Source of the DNA: a virus | Taxonomy: Duplodnaviria > Caudoviricetes | Direction: 5' to 3' (one strand) | Length of the DNA stretch: 64,000 nucleotides | IMG/VR virus record: IMGVR_UViG_3300044611_001018 | Shown here: positions 18,634 to 28,333 of the stretch, piece after piece | Position numbering within the stretch: the stretch's first letter is position 1 | Layout: each line of letters begins with the position of its first letter | Made by a program: the position numbers and the translations under genes | Notes under the pieces: model-generated | What the model was told of the DNA's origin: nothing | Database searches by the model: none | Seen by the model: the letters and a program-made list of their open reading frames with translations, nothing else

Positions 18634-19533
18634 TCAGGCATTTCCGCCCCCAGTTGTTGTTCTATTATTAGTAGTTCCCCAATTTGAACCAAATCCCCTT
18701 AAATTAAATGGTTGCGTTCTAGAGTCATTACTAATATTTCTTTGCAATTCTTGCGATCTTAACTCTGAAGTAACATTATTTTGGGGATTTAATGTGCCAA
18801 GAGCACCAGCAGAAGGAACTTCTGGGTTACCTGGAGAGTTTTGATTGCGTTCTTGATTAGCAGATGTTGCTGTTAGTTGCCTATCCACATAATAACGACT
18901 GTAAGTAAAAGATACTGTTACTTTTAATAGATCAGACGCATCATAGGATACTGGAATGGAATTTATTGATTTAGGATAAGCATCAACAAAGTTGTAAATC
19001 AAAAGAGGTACACCTCCTACAGAAAATCTACTACCTAAATTTTTCTCAAATTTAACCACTTGAAGTGTACCTTTATATTCAGAAGGATACCTTGCTCTAG
19101 CATAAAAGGTACTTTGATTCAATCTAGAACTATCCTCTCTAACAATATATCTAAGCCATGCATCAAAGAATCTAATTTGCTGATAATTACTATCCTGAGT
19201 TACTAAAAAAGTAAAGTCTATTGTATCATCATACAATCTTCTATAGGCATGTTTTTCAGTAACTCCCATATAGTCAAGAGTTTCTATTGTAGCAAGACTA
19301 GACCCTGGAAGATTTGCTTCTGTGCATGTCAGTTCCATCAATGACAAATCGTAAATAATTCCAAATTCAGATCTTATATAATTTGCTAAAGTTGGTTCTC
19401 CGTCATTATTTCCTTGAGAAGACCCTTGAGGGGGATATATCATAACTGAATAATGAGAAGTTAAAGCAGGATTAAGAATCCTACTCTTCAAAGTATTCAT
19501 CGTAACTCCAGAAGATATTGGAGGCGTTGCCAT
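18634..19533 (-). CDS. Tail tube initiator, gp54-like
   Basis: C.EANLPG.SL...DFTFLV...FFDAW...AYPKSINSIPVSY...VSFTY tube fold. Confidence 0.7.
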   Translation of the reverse strand: MATPPISSGVTMNTLKSRILNPALTSHYSVMIYPPQGSSQGNNDGEPTLANYIRSEFGIIYDLSLMELTCTEANLPGSSLATIETLDYMGVTEKHAYRRLYDDTIDFTFLVTQDSNYQQIRFFDAWLRYIVREDSSRLNQSTFYARARYPSEYKGTLQVVKFEKNLGSRFSVGGVPLLIYNFVDAYPKSINSIPVSYDASDLLKVTVSFTYSRYYVDRQLTATSANQERNQNSPGNPEVPSAGALGTLNPQNNVTSELRSQELQRNISNDSRTQPFNLRGFGSNWGTTNNRTTTGGGNA

Positions 19534-19574
19534 CTAAATAAAGTTAACTGTTTATATTATATGTAGTACACTTA

Positions 19575-20018
19575 ATGAACGAAAGTATAAAGAGCAAGTA
19601 CAAACCATCCTATCCCCAAAAATATAAAGGAAATCCCAACAATATTATTTGCAGAAGCAGTTGGGAACGAAAATTTTGTGCTTGGTGTGATTTGAATGAA
19701 AATATAATTGAATGGGCAAGCGAAGAATTTTATATCCCTTACATATCACCATTAGATAAAAAAATTCATCGATACTTTCCAGATTTTATTATAAAAGTAA
19801 AAGAATCGACAGGACATATTAAAACTTACGTAGTTGAAGTGAAACCAAAGAGACAGACAGTTCCACCAACAAGAAAGTCAAGGGTTACAAAATCTTTTAT
19901 TTACGAAGCAAAAACATATGAAGTAAATAAAGCAAAATGGAGAGCTGCAGAAGAATGGTGTAAAGACCGAAGATTAGAGTTTAAAATTATTACAGAAGAC
20001 GAACTAGGAATCAAGTAA
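19575..20018 (+). CDS. gp4: Head completion nuclease gp4
   Basis: PQKYKG...RSSWE...WASEE..IPY...RYFPDF...EVKP...KW. Confidence 0.92.
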   Translation: MNESIKSKYKPSYPQKYKGNPNNIICRSSWERKFCAWCDLNENIIEWASEEFYIPYISPLDKKIHRYFPDFIIKVKESTGHIKTYVVEVKPKRQTVPPTRKSRVTKSFIYEAKTYEVNKAKWRAAEEWCKDRRLEFKIITEDELGIK

Positions 20019-20665
20019 TGTCTAAAAAAACTCTTTTTGAGGAACTAAAAGAAGAAGTAGAAGTAGAAGAAGGTAGATCACCTTTCTTTTATAGAAGAGC
20101 ATTTCGCAGATTAACAAGACAATATTTGAATAATCCCAAAAAATTTATTCTAGATGAGAGAAGAGATTCTGCTCAGGAAGACCCTGAAGATCAAGACGAA
20201 AATTTATTAAGAAGAGTTCCTCGTCAAGGTCACATTTATATGTTTGAATATAACCCACCATTTAAAAAAGATGTTAAGGTATTTGATCCATTTCCTTTAG
20301 TATATGTAATATCTTTTGATGGAAAATCTTTTATGGGATGTAATTTACATTACATTCACCCAATCAAAAGAAAGATGGTTCTTGACAATCTAAAAGATGG
20401 AAAATTAACATTACCTTATAGTTCAATATCTAAATATATAATAAGTCAAATTGATGGACTACTTTTAGATATTGCATTTAATGAGTGGACTGTCGCCGCC
20501 AACTTACCTATAGAAGGATTTGTTTCTATTACAAAAGGTGAGCAAAAAGATTTAATGTTAGAAGATATTTGGAAACAAACTAACAAATCTTTTAGGAATA
20601 TGTTGCGGGGATCAAGAATATATAAAAGTTATGGTCAAAACGATCAGGATTTTAAAGGAAAGTAA
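20018..20665 (+). CDS. DNA end protector-like (gp2-like) protein
   Basis: G.IYMFEY...DPFPLV...GCNLHYI motif; position next to gp4. Confidence 0.6.
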   Translation: MSKKTLFEELKEEVEVEEGRSPFFYRRAFRRLTRQYLNNPKKFILDERRDSAQEDPEDQDENLLRRVPRQGHIYMFEYNPPFKKDVKVFDPFPLVYVISFDGKSFMGCNLHYIHPIKRKMVLDNLKDGKLTLPYSSISKYIISQIDGLLLDIAFNEWTVAANLPIEGFVSITKGEQKDLMLEDIWKQTNKSFRNMLRGSRIYKSYGQNDQDFKGK

Positions 20666-20667
20666 AA

Positions 20668-22197
20668 ATGTCTAGAGCTACAAGACAACCAGGTTCAGTC
20701 ATATCGAATACTAATCCAGCTCTAGCTAATTCTGACGTTATAATTGGCGGAACTCAAAGATTACAATATCAAGGTCAACTAGACACAAATCAAAATTATA
20801 GAGTAGTTTATGTTCCATCAACCAGAGAAACAATAGTCGTATTGCAGACATTCAATCCTCTTGGTGCTGCAAACACACTAGATGCTAATCAAAGAATAGC
20901 TACTTTAGGTCCAAATAATAGATGGATTCCTTCAGAATATGCAAACACTTTAGGTGGACAACCTTTAGTAGATGCAATAAACCGTAATGGCACAACTGCA
21001 AATAATTTTACACAGTCGGCAAGAATTGCCATAAATCAAGACTCTGTAGATAGAACTGGAAGACAATTAACTTCCCAACAAATGTCTACAGCTCAAACTT
21101 CTGCTAATTCCAAATCACCATCATTAACAACCAATTCAAATGTTTTAGGTTCCTCTGCAACAGGTGCTCAACAGCAGCAACAACCACCACAGCAAGGTAA
21201 TTCAACTCAACCAGATGGAACAGTACCTCCAGGTGGAACTCCACCAGACCCTCAACAACAAACAACAGATGCTCGTGGGTCTGGTAGTGTAGTTGGAAAC
21301 AGATCTGCTGCAGCAGATGCGGTGTCTACCGTAGTGAGCATAGATTCTTTAACTGGTTCTGGGCAAGCAGCAACAGGAGGAGCAGGTGCAATAGAGTATC
21401 CATTAGCTTTTCCACCTAATATGGATTATATTAAATTTACTGAAAAAAATTACGGGAAGAAAACATTTAGTTCAGAAAATCTATCTTTTAATTCAAGAGC
21501 AAATACTGCAACTGGTAATAGTGTTAAATTACCAATACAAACTGGAATTAGTGATGCCAATACTGTTGGATGGAATGAAGAAACATTTAATCCTGCTCAG
21601 ATAGCTGGTTCTCAATTAGCAATTGGTGGAATACGTGATGGTATGGATGGATTTGTTGGTCAGATTGGAAATGTTGTTGATAAAATGAAAAGTGCAAATA
21701 CAGATATTGAAAAAGCAATCATTGCATACTTTACCGAACAAGCAGTAGGTGTTCAAATTTTACCTAAGATTGGTGGTGCAATTTTTAACCCAAATACAGA
21801 ATTATTATTCCAAGGACCTCAATTAAGATCATTTAATTTCTCATTTAGATTTACTCCAAGGTCAAAAGACGAGAGTATAAGAGTGAAGCAAATATTAAGA
21901 TTTTTTAAATCAAGTATGGCAGCACAAACCTCAGAAAAAGAATTATTCTTAAAAGCACCAAGAGTTTTTGGGATAGAGTTTTATCATGGAGGAAGTGGAA
22001 AACAACATTCTGGTATAGGTAAGATAAAAGATTGTGCATTACAGGCATGTAATGTTGATTACACACCAGATGGAAGTTACATGTCTTTTAAAGACGGTGG
22101 TATGGTTTCTTATACTGTGAATTTACAATTCATGGAGCTAGAACCAATTTATGCTAAAGACTATAACGAATCAGACAACCACCCAATAGGATATTGA
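20668..22197 (+). CDS. gp48: Baseplate tail-tube cap gp48 with a long low-complexity N-terminal region
   Basis: NPNTELLFQGPQLRSFNFSFRFTPRS...CAL....VDYTPDG...LQFMELEPI. Confidence 0.9.
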   Translation: MSRATRQPGSVISNTNPALANSDVIIGGTQRLQYQGQLDTNQNYRVVYVPSTRETIVVLQTFNPLGAANTLDANQRIATLGPNNRWIPSEYANTLGGQPLVDAINRNGTTANNFTQSARIAINQDSVDRTGRQLTSQQMSTAQTSANSKSPSLTTNSNVLGSSATGAQQQQQPPQQGNSTQPDGTVPPGGTPPDPQQQTTDARGSGSVVGNRSAAADAVSTVVSIDSLTGSGQAATGGAGAIEYPLAFPPNMDYIKFTEKNYGKKTFSSENLSFNSRANTATGNSVKLPIQTGISDANTVGWNEETFNPAQIAGSQLAIGGIRDGMDGFVGQIGNVVDKMKSANTDIEKAIIAYFTEQAVGVQILPKIGGAIFNPNTELLFQGPQLRSFNFSFRFTPRSKDESIRVKQILRFFKSSMAAQTSEKELFLKAPRVFGIEFYHGGSGKQHSGIGKIKDCALQACNVDYTPDGSYMSFKDGGMVSYTVNLQFMELEPIYAKDYNESDNHPIGY

Positions 22198-22201
22198 TAA
22201 G

Positions 22202-24583
22202 ATGACGCAAGAATATTTTAAAAAAGTACCTAATTTTGAATACATTTCTAGAGGATTAAATAAAAATTCTCTATCAGATTATACTACTGTCAAGAATTTG
22301 TTCAAAAGAGCAAAAATAAGAGATGATATTTTTAAAAATGTCTCCTACTTTCAAAAGTATACTATAATTGGAGAAGAGAGACCCGATCAAGTAGCTGATA
22401 AATTTTACAATGACCCCACATTAGATTGGTTAGTTTTATTGGCGAATAACGTCAATAATGTTTATGATGAGTGGCCAAAGACACAATATGCATTCAATGA
22501 CTATGTTCTACAAAAATACGGAAGTTACGAAAATTTATATTCTGGAATTCATCATTATGAAACTTCTGAGGTTAGGACAAGAGAAGGGTACATAATTGTA
22601 GAAGGTGGAAAAGAAGTCAATGAAGGATTTTTCAAAGCACCAGAATATGAAATAGAGCTAGACCCTAACGTTCAATTACCATCGGTTATTCCTGGTATTT
22701 TTGCAGCAGGATCAGCATCGGTTGATGCAGTCTCAGGAACAGTTACTCAACTAGCGATTACAAATCCTGGGGCAGGATATACTGGAATTGGATCTGTAAC
22801 AATTACTCCACCACCAAATCCAAGAAAAGGTACAATATCTGTAGAACTTAATAATCCACCAGATGATAGAGAAGTTGGTTTAATTACAATTATTGATAAT
22901 GGAACTGGTTATACGTTCCAACCACAAATTACATTTAGTCCTCCACCACCTACAATTACAGCAACATTAACACCTGTTATTGGTGCTGGAGGAACTATAA
23001 GATCTATAACGATTAGTAATCCTGGAGATGGATATACTTTTACACCAATAGTTACAATAGATCCACCTCCAGATGTTATCAGTAGTGCATTGTTTATTAC
23101 CGATTCAAACTTTACAGTAGAAGATGGATTTGAAGGATTCTTTATGGATGCTCTAGGTGTAAGAATATACACATGTCACGGAGCAAATACTTATACTAGT
23201 GGAGTTATTGAGCATTATGAATTATCATCACCTTACAATATAGCAAGTGGGACTAAGATTGCAACTCGAACTCTAAATTTTGGTGGAGTATCCTTCATAT
23301 ATCTAACTGGTATTGAATTTAAACCAGATGGATCGAGAATGTATGTCTCTGGTTTAACTGGATCTGGTTTTAAAATTGCACAATATGATTTATCAACAGA
23401 TTGGGATATAAGCACAGCAACTGTAGCTGGTGCGATTAGTATGCCCACATCATCAGGAATTAGAATGCAGGATGATGGGTTTTACTTGTATATTATTGAA
23501 ACTCAAGATCCAGATACAATCAAAAAATACGAATTACTTGTAGACTGGAATATTACAACATTAAAACCATTACCAACACAACAAGTTAACATACAATCAT
23601 TAACTGGAGAAACTTCTGTACGTGGTTTTGCGTTTAAAGACGATGGAACAAAATTATATGTCTCTGGAACAGATACAAAACAAATGCACGTATTAGAATT
23701 AGGTGCAAATTGGGATTTAGATAGTTTTACACTACTAGGTTCTCGTAATATTCAAACGGATAGTGGTGACACAATTCCTATGGATGCGTATGCTAATCCA
23801 ACAGAGACACTATTCATCGTTGGTGGTTCTAGTAATAGAAAATTATACCGTTATAGTACAGACATTACTGCAACAGCAACTGCAACTGTGGGTGTTGGAA
23901 CTACAACAACAGAAAAAATTGTCAATATCACGGTTACAAAAGCTGGAGCAGGATACACTACAAGTAATCCACCGAACATTTTTATTCAATCACCAATTCC
24001 ACACAGAACAGCAACTGGTTATGTTTTAATTAAAAATGGTGGTGTTGATGAAGTCATTATGGTAGACCGTGGTTATAACTACAGAACCCCTCCAACTGCT
24101 GTAATTGAAAATCCATTGCCACCAATTACAGCAAAAGCAGTTGTAAAAACAGAATCTGGTGAGGTTAAAGAAATAACATTAACAAATCCAGGAAGAGGAT
24201 ACAATTCTCCTCCAGATTTAATTTTTAGTAAACCTGGGAATCTATATGAACCTCAAGTTAATGAAATTTTTGAAAGAAGTGGACAAGAATGGAAGTATGA
24301 TGGATTCAACTGGAGAAAGAGACTTACTTATGGAACTGTTTATTTCGACACCAGAGCAGGAGAACTATTAGAGATAGTTGGTAAAGAATCTTGTGTTCCT
24401 GTAACAAATTATCAGTATGAAGAAAACCTCGAAAACAAAAAAAGAAATATTTACATTCTAAAACCAGAATTTTTAAGTATAGTTTTAGATGATATTGAAG
24501 GTATTATGGAATATAAAGAAGGTTCTGAACAGTATGTGTCCAGAACCATTAAGAGAGGAGATAATCCTCGTTTATATGAATAA
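22202..24583 (+). CDS. gp53: Baseplate wedge gp53 with a large internal insertion
   Basis: ERPDQVA..FY.DP.LDWLVLLANN at the N-terminus and TNYQYEE..E.KKRNIYILKP at the C-terminus, flanking GxGY repeats and a propeller-like block. Confidence 0.85.
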   Translation: MTQEYFKKVPNFEYISRGLNKNSLSDYTTVKNLFKRAKIRDDIFKNVSYFQKYTIIGEERPDQVADKFYNDPTLDWLVLLANNVNNVYDEWPKTQYAFNDYVLQKYGSYENLYSGIHHYETSEVRTREGYIIVEGGKEVNEGFFKAPEYEIELDPNVQLPSVIPGIFAAGSASVDAVSGTVTQLAITNPGAGYTGIGSVTITPPPNPRKGTISVELNNPPDDREVGLITIIDNGTGYTFQPQITFSPPPPTITATLTPVIGAGGTIRSITISNPGDGYTFTPIVTIDPPPDVISSALFITDSNFTVEDGFEGFFMDALGVRIYTCHGANTYTSGVIEHYELSSPYNIASGTKIATRTLNFGGVSFIYLTGIEFKPDGSRMYVSGLTGSGFKIAQYDLSTDWDISTATVAGAISMPTSSGIRMQDDGFYLYIIETQDPDTIKKYELLVDWNITTLKPLPTQQVNIQSLTGETSVRGFAFKDDGTKLYVSGTDTKQMHVLELGANWDLDSFTLLGSRNIQTDSGDTIPMDAYANPTETLFIVGGSSNRKLYRYSTDITATATATVGVGTTTTEKIVNITVTKAGAGYTTSNPPNIFIQSPIPHRTATGYVLIKNGGVDEVIMVDRGYNYRTPPTAVIENPLPPITAKAVVKTESGEVKEITLTNPGRGYNSPPDLIFSKPGNLYEPQVNEIFERSGQEWKYDGFNWRKRLTYGTVYFDTRAGELLEIVGKESCVPVTNYQYEENLENKKRNIYILKPEFLSIVLDDIEGIMEYKEGSEQYVSRTIKRGDNPRLYE

Positions 24584-24591
24584 CTACTTAA

Positions 24592-25539
24592 TCAACTTTC
24601 AGCAAGGCGCTGGAAGTAACTAAGGGCGTCATCATCCTCATCATTAGAAGAAGATGAAGAAGTCAACGATTCAAGTTGAGAACTCAACTCTTCTGGAAGT
24701 TGACTCTCTTGAGTTTGACGTGAACCGAAGTCTGGTTTGAAGGAACCACGAGTGGTATCTTCCTCTTCATATTCATCAGAATCTTGATACTTAGGAGTTC
24801 CCTTCTTACCAAGAACATAGTCAAGACGTTTTTGAAGTTCTTCAAAAGTTTTAAACTCAGAAGGAGAAACCAAAGTTTGTAGAGAATATTCTTTCTTCCA
24901 TACACCCTCTAGAGCATCATCGTCTTCAAGAAGAGGTGCTTGACGATCAAACTCGGACTTATCATAGTTCCAATAACCATCAACCTTACGAATCTTCAGT
25001 TTGAAGTTCGCACCCTGCCAGAAGTCAAAGGGATTGATGGGTTCTTCATCTTCAAACTCAGGTTGCATTGCTGCCATTACCTTATCAAAGATTTTAGCAC
25101 CATATTTGAAGAGGAATACTTTACCCTCATTCGCAGGATTTGTGGGGTCCTTTACAATATAGATGTTAGAATAATAAGACAGTTTACGCTTCTGCTTACG
25201 GACAGTTTCCTTATCCTTTTCGTTACCGCTATTCCAAAGTCCACGATTATATTCGGACACTGGATCCTTTTGTCCAATAGTAGTCAGGGAGTTTTCAATA
25301 TACCAACCACCAGGACCTTGGAATCCGTGGGAGTACATTTTTACCCAAGGAAGGTCTTCTCCTTCAGGAGCAGGGAGAAAACGAATAACTGCATAACCAT
25401 TACCAGTTTTGTCCATTTCTGGTTTCCAAAGGCGCTCATCTGCACCATTAGAACTTGTGTTCATCTTCTCAACTTCTTTTACCAACTTTTGAGTAAGAGA
25501 ACCAAGCGAAGATTGCTTTTTAAGATCTGCGAAAGACAT
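24592..25539 (-). CDS. gp32: ssDNA-binding protein gp32
   Basis: MSFADLKK...GNGYAVIRFLP...HGFQGPGGWYIEN...WNYDKSEF, acidic tail; start set at MSFADL, preceded by a GAGG SD. Confidence 0.97.
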   Translation of the reverse strand: MSFADLKKQSSLGSLTQKLVKEVEKMNTSSNGADERLWKPEMDKTGNGYAVIRFLPAPEGEDLPWVKMYSHGFQGPGGWYIENSLTTIGQKDPVSEYNRGLWNSGNEKDKETVRKQKRKLSYYSNIYIVKDPTNPANEGKVFLFKYGAKIFDKVMAAMQPEFEDEEPINPFDFWQGANFKLKIRKVDGYWNYDKSEFDRQAPLLEDDDALEGVWKKEYSLQTLVSPSEFKTFEELQKRLDYVLGKKGTPKYQDSDEYEEEDTTRGSFKPDFGSRQTQESQLPEELSSQLESLTSSSSSNDEDDDALSYFQRLAES

Positions 25540-25583
25540 TAGATTACCTCGTATTTTTGAGATTCGGCTTGTGTGTGTCCTTT

Positions 25584-25636
25584 GGGGACTTGCGGTGGAC
25601 ACTTACCAGTATAGTGCAAGTCCCCTAGTGCGTCAA
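25584..25636 (-). promoter_or_regulatory. gp32 promoter with a 10-bp inverted repeat bracketing the -10 box
   Basis: TTGACG (25636-31), 17 nt, TATACT (25613-08); GGGGACTTGC/GCAAGTCCCC at 25584-93 and 25616-25. Confidence 0.7.
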
Positions 25637-25971
25637 CCCTCTGTTTTGTTGACCTGATCCTTCATTTGTTGAATCAGTTTTTCCATATTTGAAAAAATAA
25701 TATTCATGTCCATTCCTTCTGGAAGTCCCATTGCCATTGCAGATTTAGATATATTTTCCTTCATCTTTTTTGCCTCTGGATCATCCGACAGAGACAATCT
25801 TGTATATAATACTTTTTGCTTCTCAAGCAAATCTTGGAGTACATTTACATGTTCAAGTTTTCCTTCCCTATCCATCTTAAAAAACTTGAACATATTATCG
25901 TATAGTTTTTCCTGAAGTTCGTTAATATGTGCAATTTCGGAGCGAACAACTTCAGAATCAAAAAAACTCAT
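25633..25971 (-). CDS. DUF1825-like conserved cyanophage protein
   Basis: MSFFDSEVVR...LLEKQKVLYTRLSLSDDPEAKKMK. Confidence 0.75.
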   Translation of the reverse strand: MSFFDSEVVRSEIAHINELQEKLYDNMFKFFKMDREGKLEHVNVLQDLLEKQKVLYTRLSLSDDPEAKKMKENISKSAMAMGLPEGMDMNIIFSNMEKLIQQMKDQVNKTEG

Positions 25972-26555
25972 AATACACACTCCTTTAAAATTTTCTTATA
26001 CTTGAATATATCAATATTTAGGAAGGAATTGTATTTTTTGATATTTTTTGAGACCAATTGCCAAACTGGATCTATCAATTTTTTATCAAAATCATTCCCA
26101 AAGAGAAATATTCTGTCATATATGACCATAGTTTCTATGCTAATTTTGCCATTTAAGAATTTTTTAAGTAAAGGTGGATGTCCCTTTGAGCAATCAAAAA
26201 CTTCTTTAAACTTATGCTCTGTAAACAAATCGGTAGTCTCTTCTTTAAAGATATATGCCAAAGACTCTTTTTTCTTCTTCCAATTGTTATACACAGATTC
26301 ACCTTCTCTAATTATTTGACCAATCCAAAGAGAATCTGCGTCTCCAGAGGAAACAAAATTAGCAACAAAAAAATCAATAATCTCTTTATCATTTTTTTGC
26401 CTACCTAACTTCTCAAACCAATATCTATCCTTCCTTTTATAAAAGGATTGCAAAGAGGCACGAGTTTTACCACAATACTTATGATAATCGTAATTATCTT
26501 TTGTAAAGTGATTTTTTAACGAAAGATATGTCTTATATACGTCAAACGGAGTCAT
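25968..26555 (-). CDS. gp59: Helicase loader gp59
   Basis: MTPFDVYKTYLSLKNHFTK..YDY.KY.GKTRAS..SFYKRKDRYWFEKL. Confidence 0.93.
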   Translation of the reverse strand: MTPFDVYKTYLSLKNHFTKDNYDYHKYCGKTRASLQSFYKRKDRYWFEKLGRQKNDKEIIDFFVANFVSSGDADSLWIGQIIREGESVYNNWKKKKESLAYIFKEETTDLFTEHKFKEVFDCSKGHPPLLKKFLNGKISIETMVIYDRIFLFGNDFDKKLIDPVWQLVSKNIKKYNSFLNIDIFKYKKILKECVL

Positions 26556-26615
26556 AATTTTAGAAGGGGGGTTTTCAAAATTTTCCCCGCGATGTTTTTT
26601 TCGACTTTTTTTGAA

Positions 26616-26885
26616 TCAAAAAACCAATTTTGCTCTAGAAGTCCTCTTTAAGAAGTTTAATTCCATCGCATCATACTTAATCTTTTCCTTTAAAGGTTTT
26701 GATATAAGTTTCGGAACTGATTCTAAATCAATACTATTCTTTTCACAGAAATGAATAATAGCATCAATATAATTCATATCTTTGTTATTTTTAACTAGAA
26801 CCTCAATCTCTTGAGCAAATTTTGTCGGGCAAAAAAACTTCTTCTCTAATACCCTTTCAAACTCGTCTTCTAGTTTAACTGGCAT
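26616..26885 (-). CDS. gp33: Late transcription co-activator gp33
   Basis: FAQEIE....YIDAIIHFCEKN.ID.ESVPKLISKPLKEKIKYDAMELNFLK; start set at MPVKLE. Confidence 0.9.
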   Translation of the reverse strand: MPVKLEDEFERVLEKKFFCPTKFAQEIEVLVKNNKDMNYIDAIIHFCEKNSIDLESVPKLISKPLKEKIKYDAMELNFLKRTSRAKLVF

Positions 26886-27555
26886 AGCTTTCCAATTTGT
26901 AGTTAAGAAACTCTCTAGTGTATTCCATGAGTAGTTTAATGTATTTTGTTTTGTCGTATTCTTCATAAACAACGCATTCTCCATTTTCACATGCCATAAT
27001 AATGACAAGTTTTTTTACTTGTAGTCCTGTCAATTCGTACAGCATACATCCATACGCCATACACTGTACAAAATAATGTTCAATCCACTCTACTGGTTTA
27101 GGTTTTTTTGATGTCTTGAAATCAATGATGGCAAGTTCCCCATCAAACTCAGCGATACAGTCTACAGTTCCAGCAATTCCTAGAACCTTGCTGTACATTG
27201 AACCTTCAAGTGCATGAATATTATTTATTCGATTTAGATCTGGTTGTGCAATTTTGAATAAAAATTCCGACAGTGGTTGAACCTTTGGAAGTTCTTCGTT
27301 TTTGAGATGATGCTCTGTCAAAAGGTGCATGTCAGTTCCACGACTTGTTGCTTGTCGTGTAATTTTATCTGCCTTCTCTGCACCAATTTTTTTACGCCAG
27401 TCCGCAAAGAACTGGCGATTTTTGTGACTAGTAACAGAAGTGATAGAGACTAGTTTTAATAGTTCGTTCTCTTCAGGAACAAAATAATATCGAACACCAT
27501 CTATAGTCTCCCTCTTAAGTTGAGGGAGTTTCAAATCAACGTGATTAAACATCAA
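26875..27555 (-). CDS. PD-(D/E)xK exonuclease
   Basis: SITSV...RGT.MH...E..MYS..LGIAGTVDCIAEFDG...IIDFKTS. Confidence 0.88.
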   Translation of the reverse strand: MMFNHVDLKLPQLKRETIDGVRYYFVPEENELLKLVSITSVTSHKNRQFFADWRKKIGAEKADKITRQATSRGTDMHLLTEHHLKNEELPKVQPLSEFLFKIAQPDLNRINNIHALEGSMYSKVLGIAGTVDCIAEFDGELAIIDFKTSKKPKPVEWIEHYFVQCMAYGCMLYELTGLQVKKLVIIMACENGECVVYEEYDKTKYIKLLMEYTREFLNYKLESYAS

Positions 27556-28307
27556 AATCCCAATTCGTGTTTTGCAATTAAGTATTCTTTACAGAGACCA
27601 GAACGAACGATATCCTCAAGACCAAACTCAACAATATCAAACGAAGGCATAACTCTAAGAATTTTCATAAAGTCAATAATACCATTTCTTTCATTGGTTT
27701 TTTGCAAGTCGGATTGAGTTGCATCACCACAGAAACAAATTTTAGTATTCTCACCAGACCTTGTAATTATACTATCAAGTTCATGGAAATTCAAGTTTTG
27801 GAATTCATCTACAATAATAATTGCTTTGTCTAACGTAGTTCCTCTAAGGAATGAAGTAGACCAAAAACTAACCGTGCCCTGAGTCTTTAGGTTGCCATAA
27901 AGCATTTCAAAATCAGCATCTGTTGCCATCTGGAACATGTATTTGACCATGTTCTTGTATGGAATCTGATAGATATCTGCTTTATCCTCATGTGTACCAG
28001 GAAGGAATCCGATTTCTCTAGTGGCAACAAGAGATCTTACGATATAAATTTTTTCATACGGTGTTGATTCATCAAGAACATCCTTCAAAGCGTTATAAAA
28101 AGTGATGAATGTCTTTCCAGTTCCAGCGGCACCATATGCAACTAAATTCTTATCATTATCAAACGTCTCAAACAATTTAGATTGATTATCGTTGAGAGGT
28201 TCAATATCAAGAAGAAAATCCATATTAATTGGTTTTCTTCTTTTCATTTGCTTAGCAGTCATGCCAACACCAATTGGTTGTAAATCGGGTCTTCTCTTTC
28301 TTGCCAT
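27552..28307 (-). CDS. phoH: PhoH-family ATPase
   Basis: Walker A GAAGTGKT; RSLVATREIGFLPG; LRGTT; VDEFQN; GD..QSD; start set at MARKRR. Confidence 0.95.
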   Translation of the reverse strand: MARKRRPDLQPIGVGMTAKQMKRRKPINMDFLLDIEPLNDNQSKLFETFDNDKNLVAYGAAGTGKTFITFYNALKDVLDESTPYEKIYIVRSLVATREIGFLPGTHEDKADIYQIPYKNMVKYMFQMATDADFEMLYGNLKTQGTVSFWSTSFLRGTTLDKAIIIVDEFQNLNFHELDSIITRSGENTKICFCGDATQSDLQKTNERNGIIDFMKILRVMPSFDIVEFGLEDIVRSGLCKEYLIAKHELGF

Positions 28308-28333
28308 AAGAATTTTAAAATTAATAGGGTTTA

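Noticed and set aside
19575-20018. TnsA-like transposase/mobile element
   Set aside because: Sequence and synteny match T4 head-completion gp4; no terminal repeats or other transposon genes.
21150-21270. Gln/Pro-rich microsatellite in gp48
   Set aside because: Mixed CAA/CAG/CCA codons in a low-complexity linker; no perfect tandem array.
26875-27555. Cas4 gene
   Set aside because: Lacks the Cys cluster; it is the PD-(D/E)xK exonuclease usually found beside phoH and gp33 in these phages.
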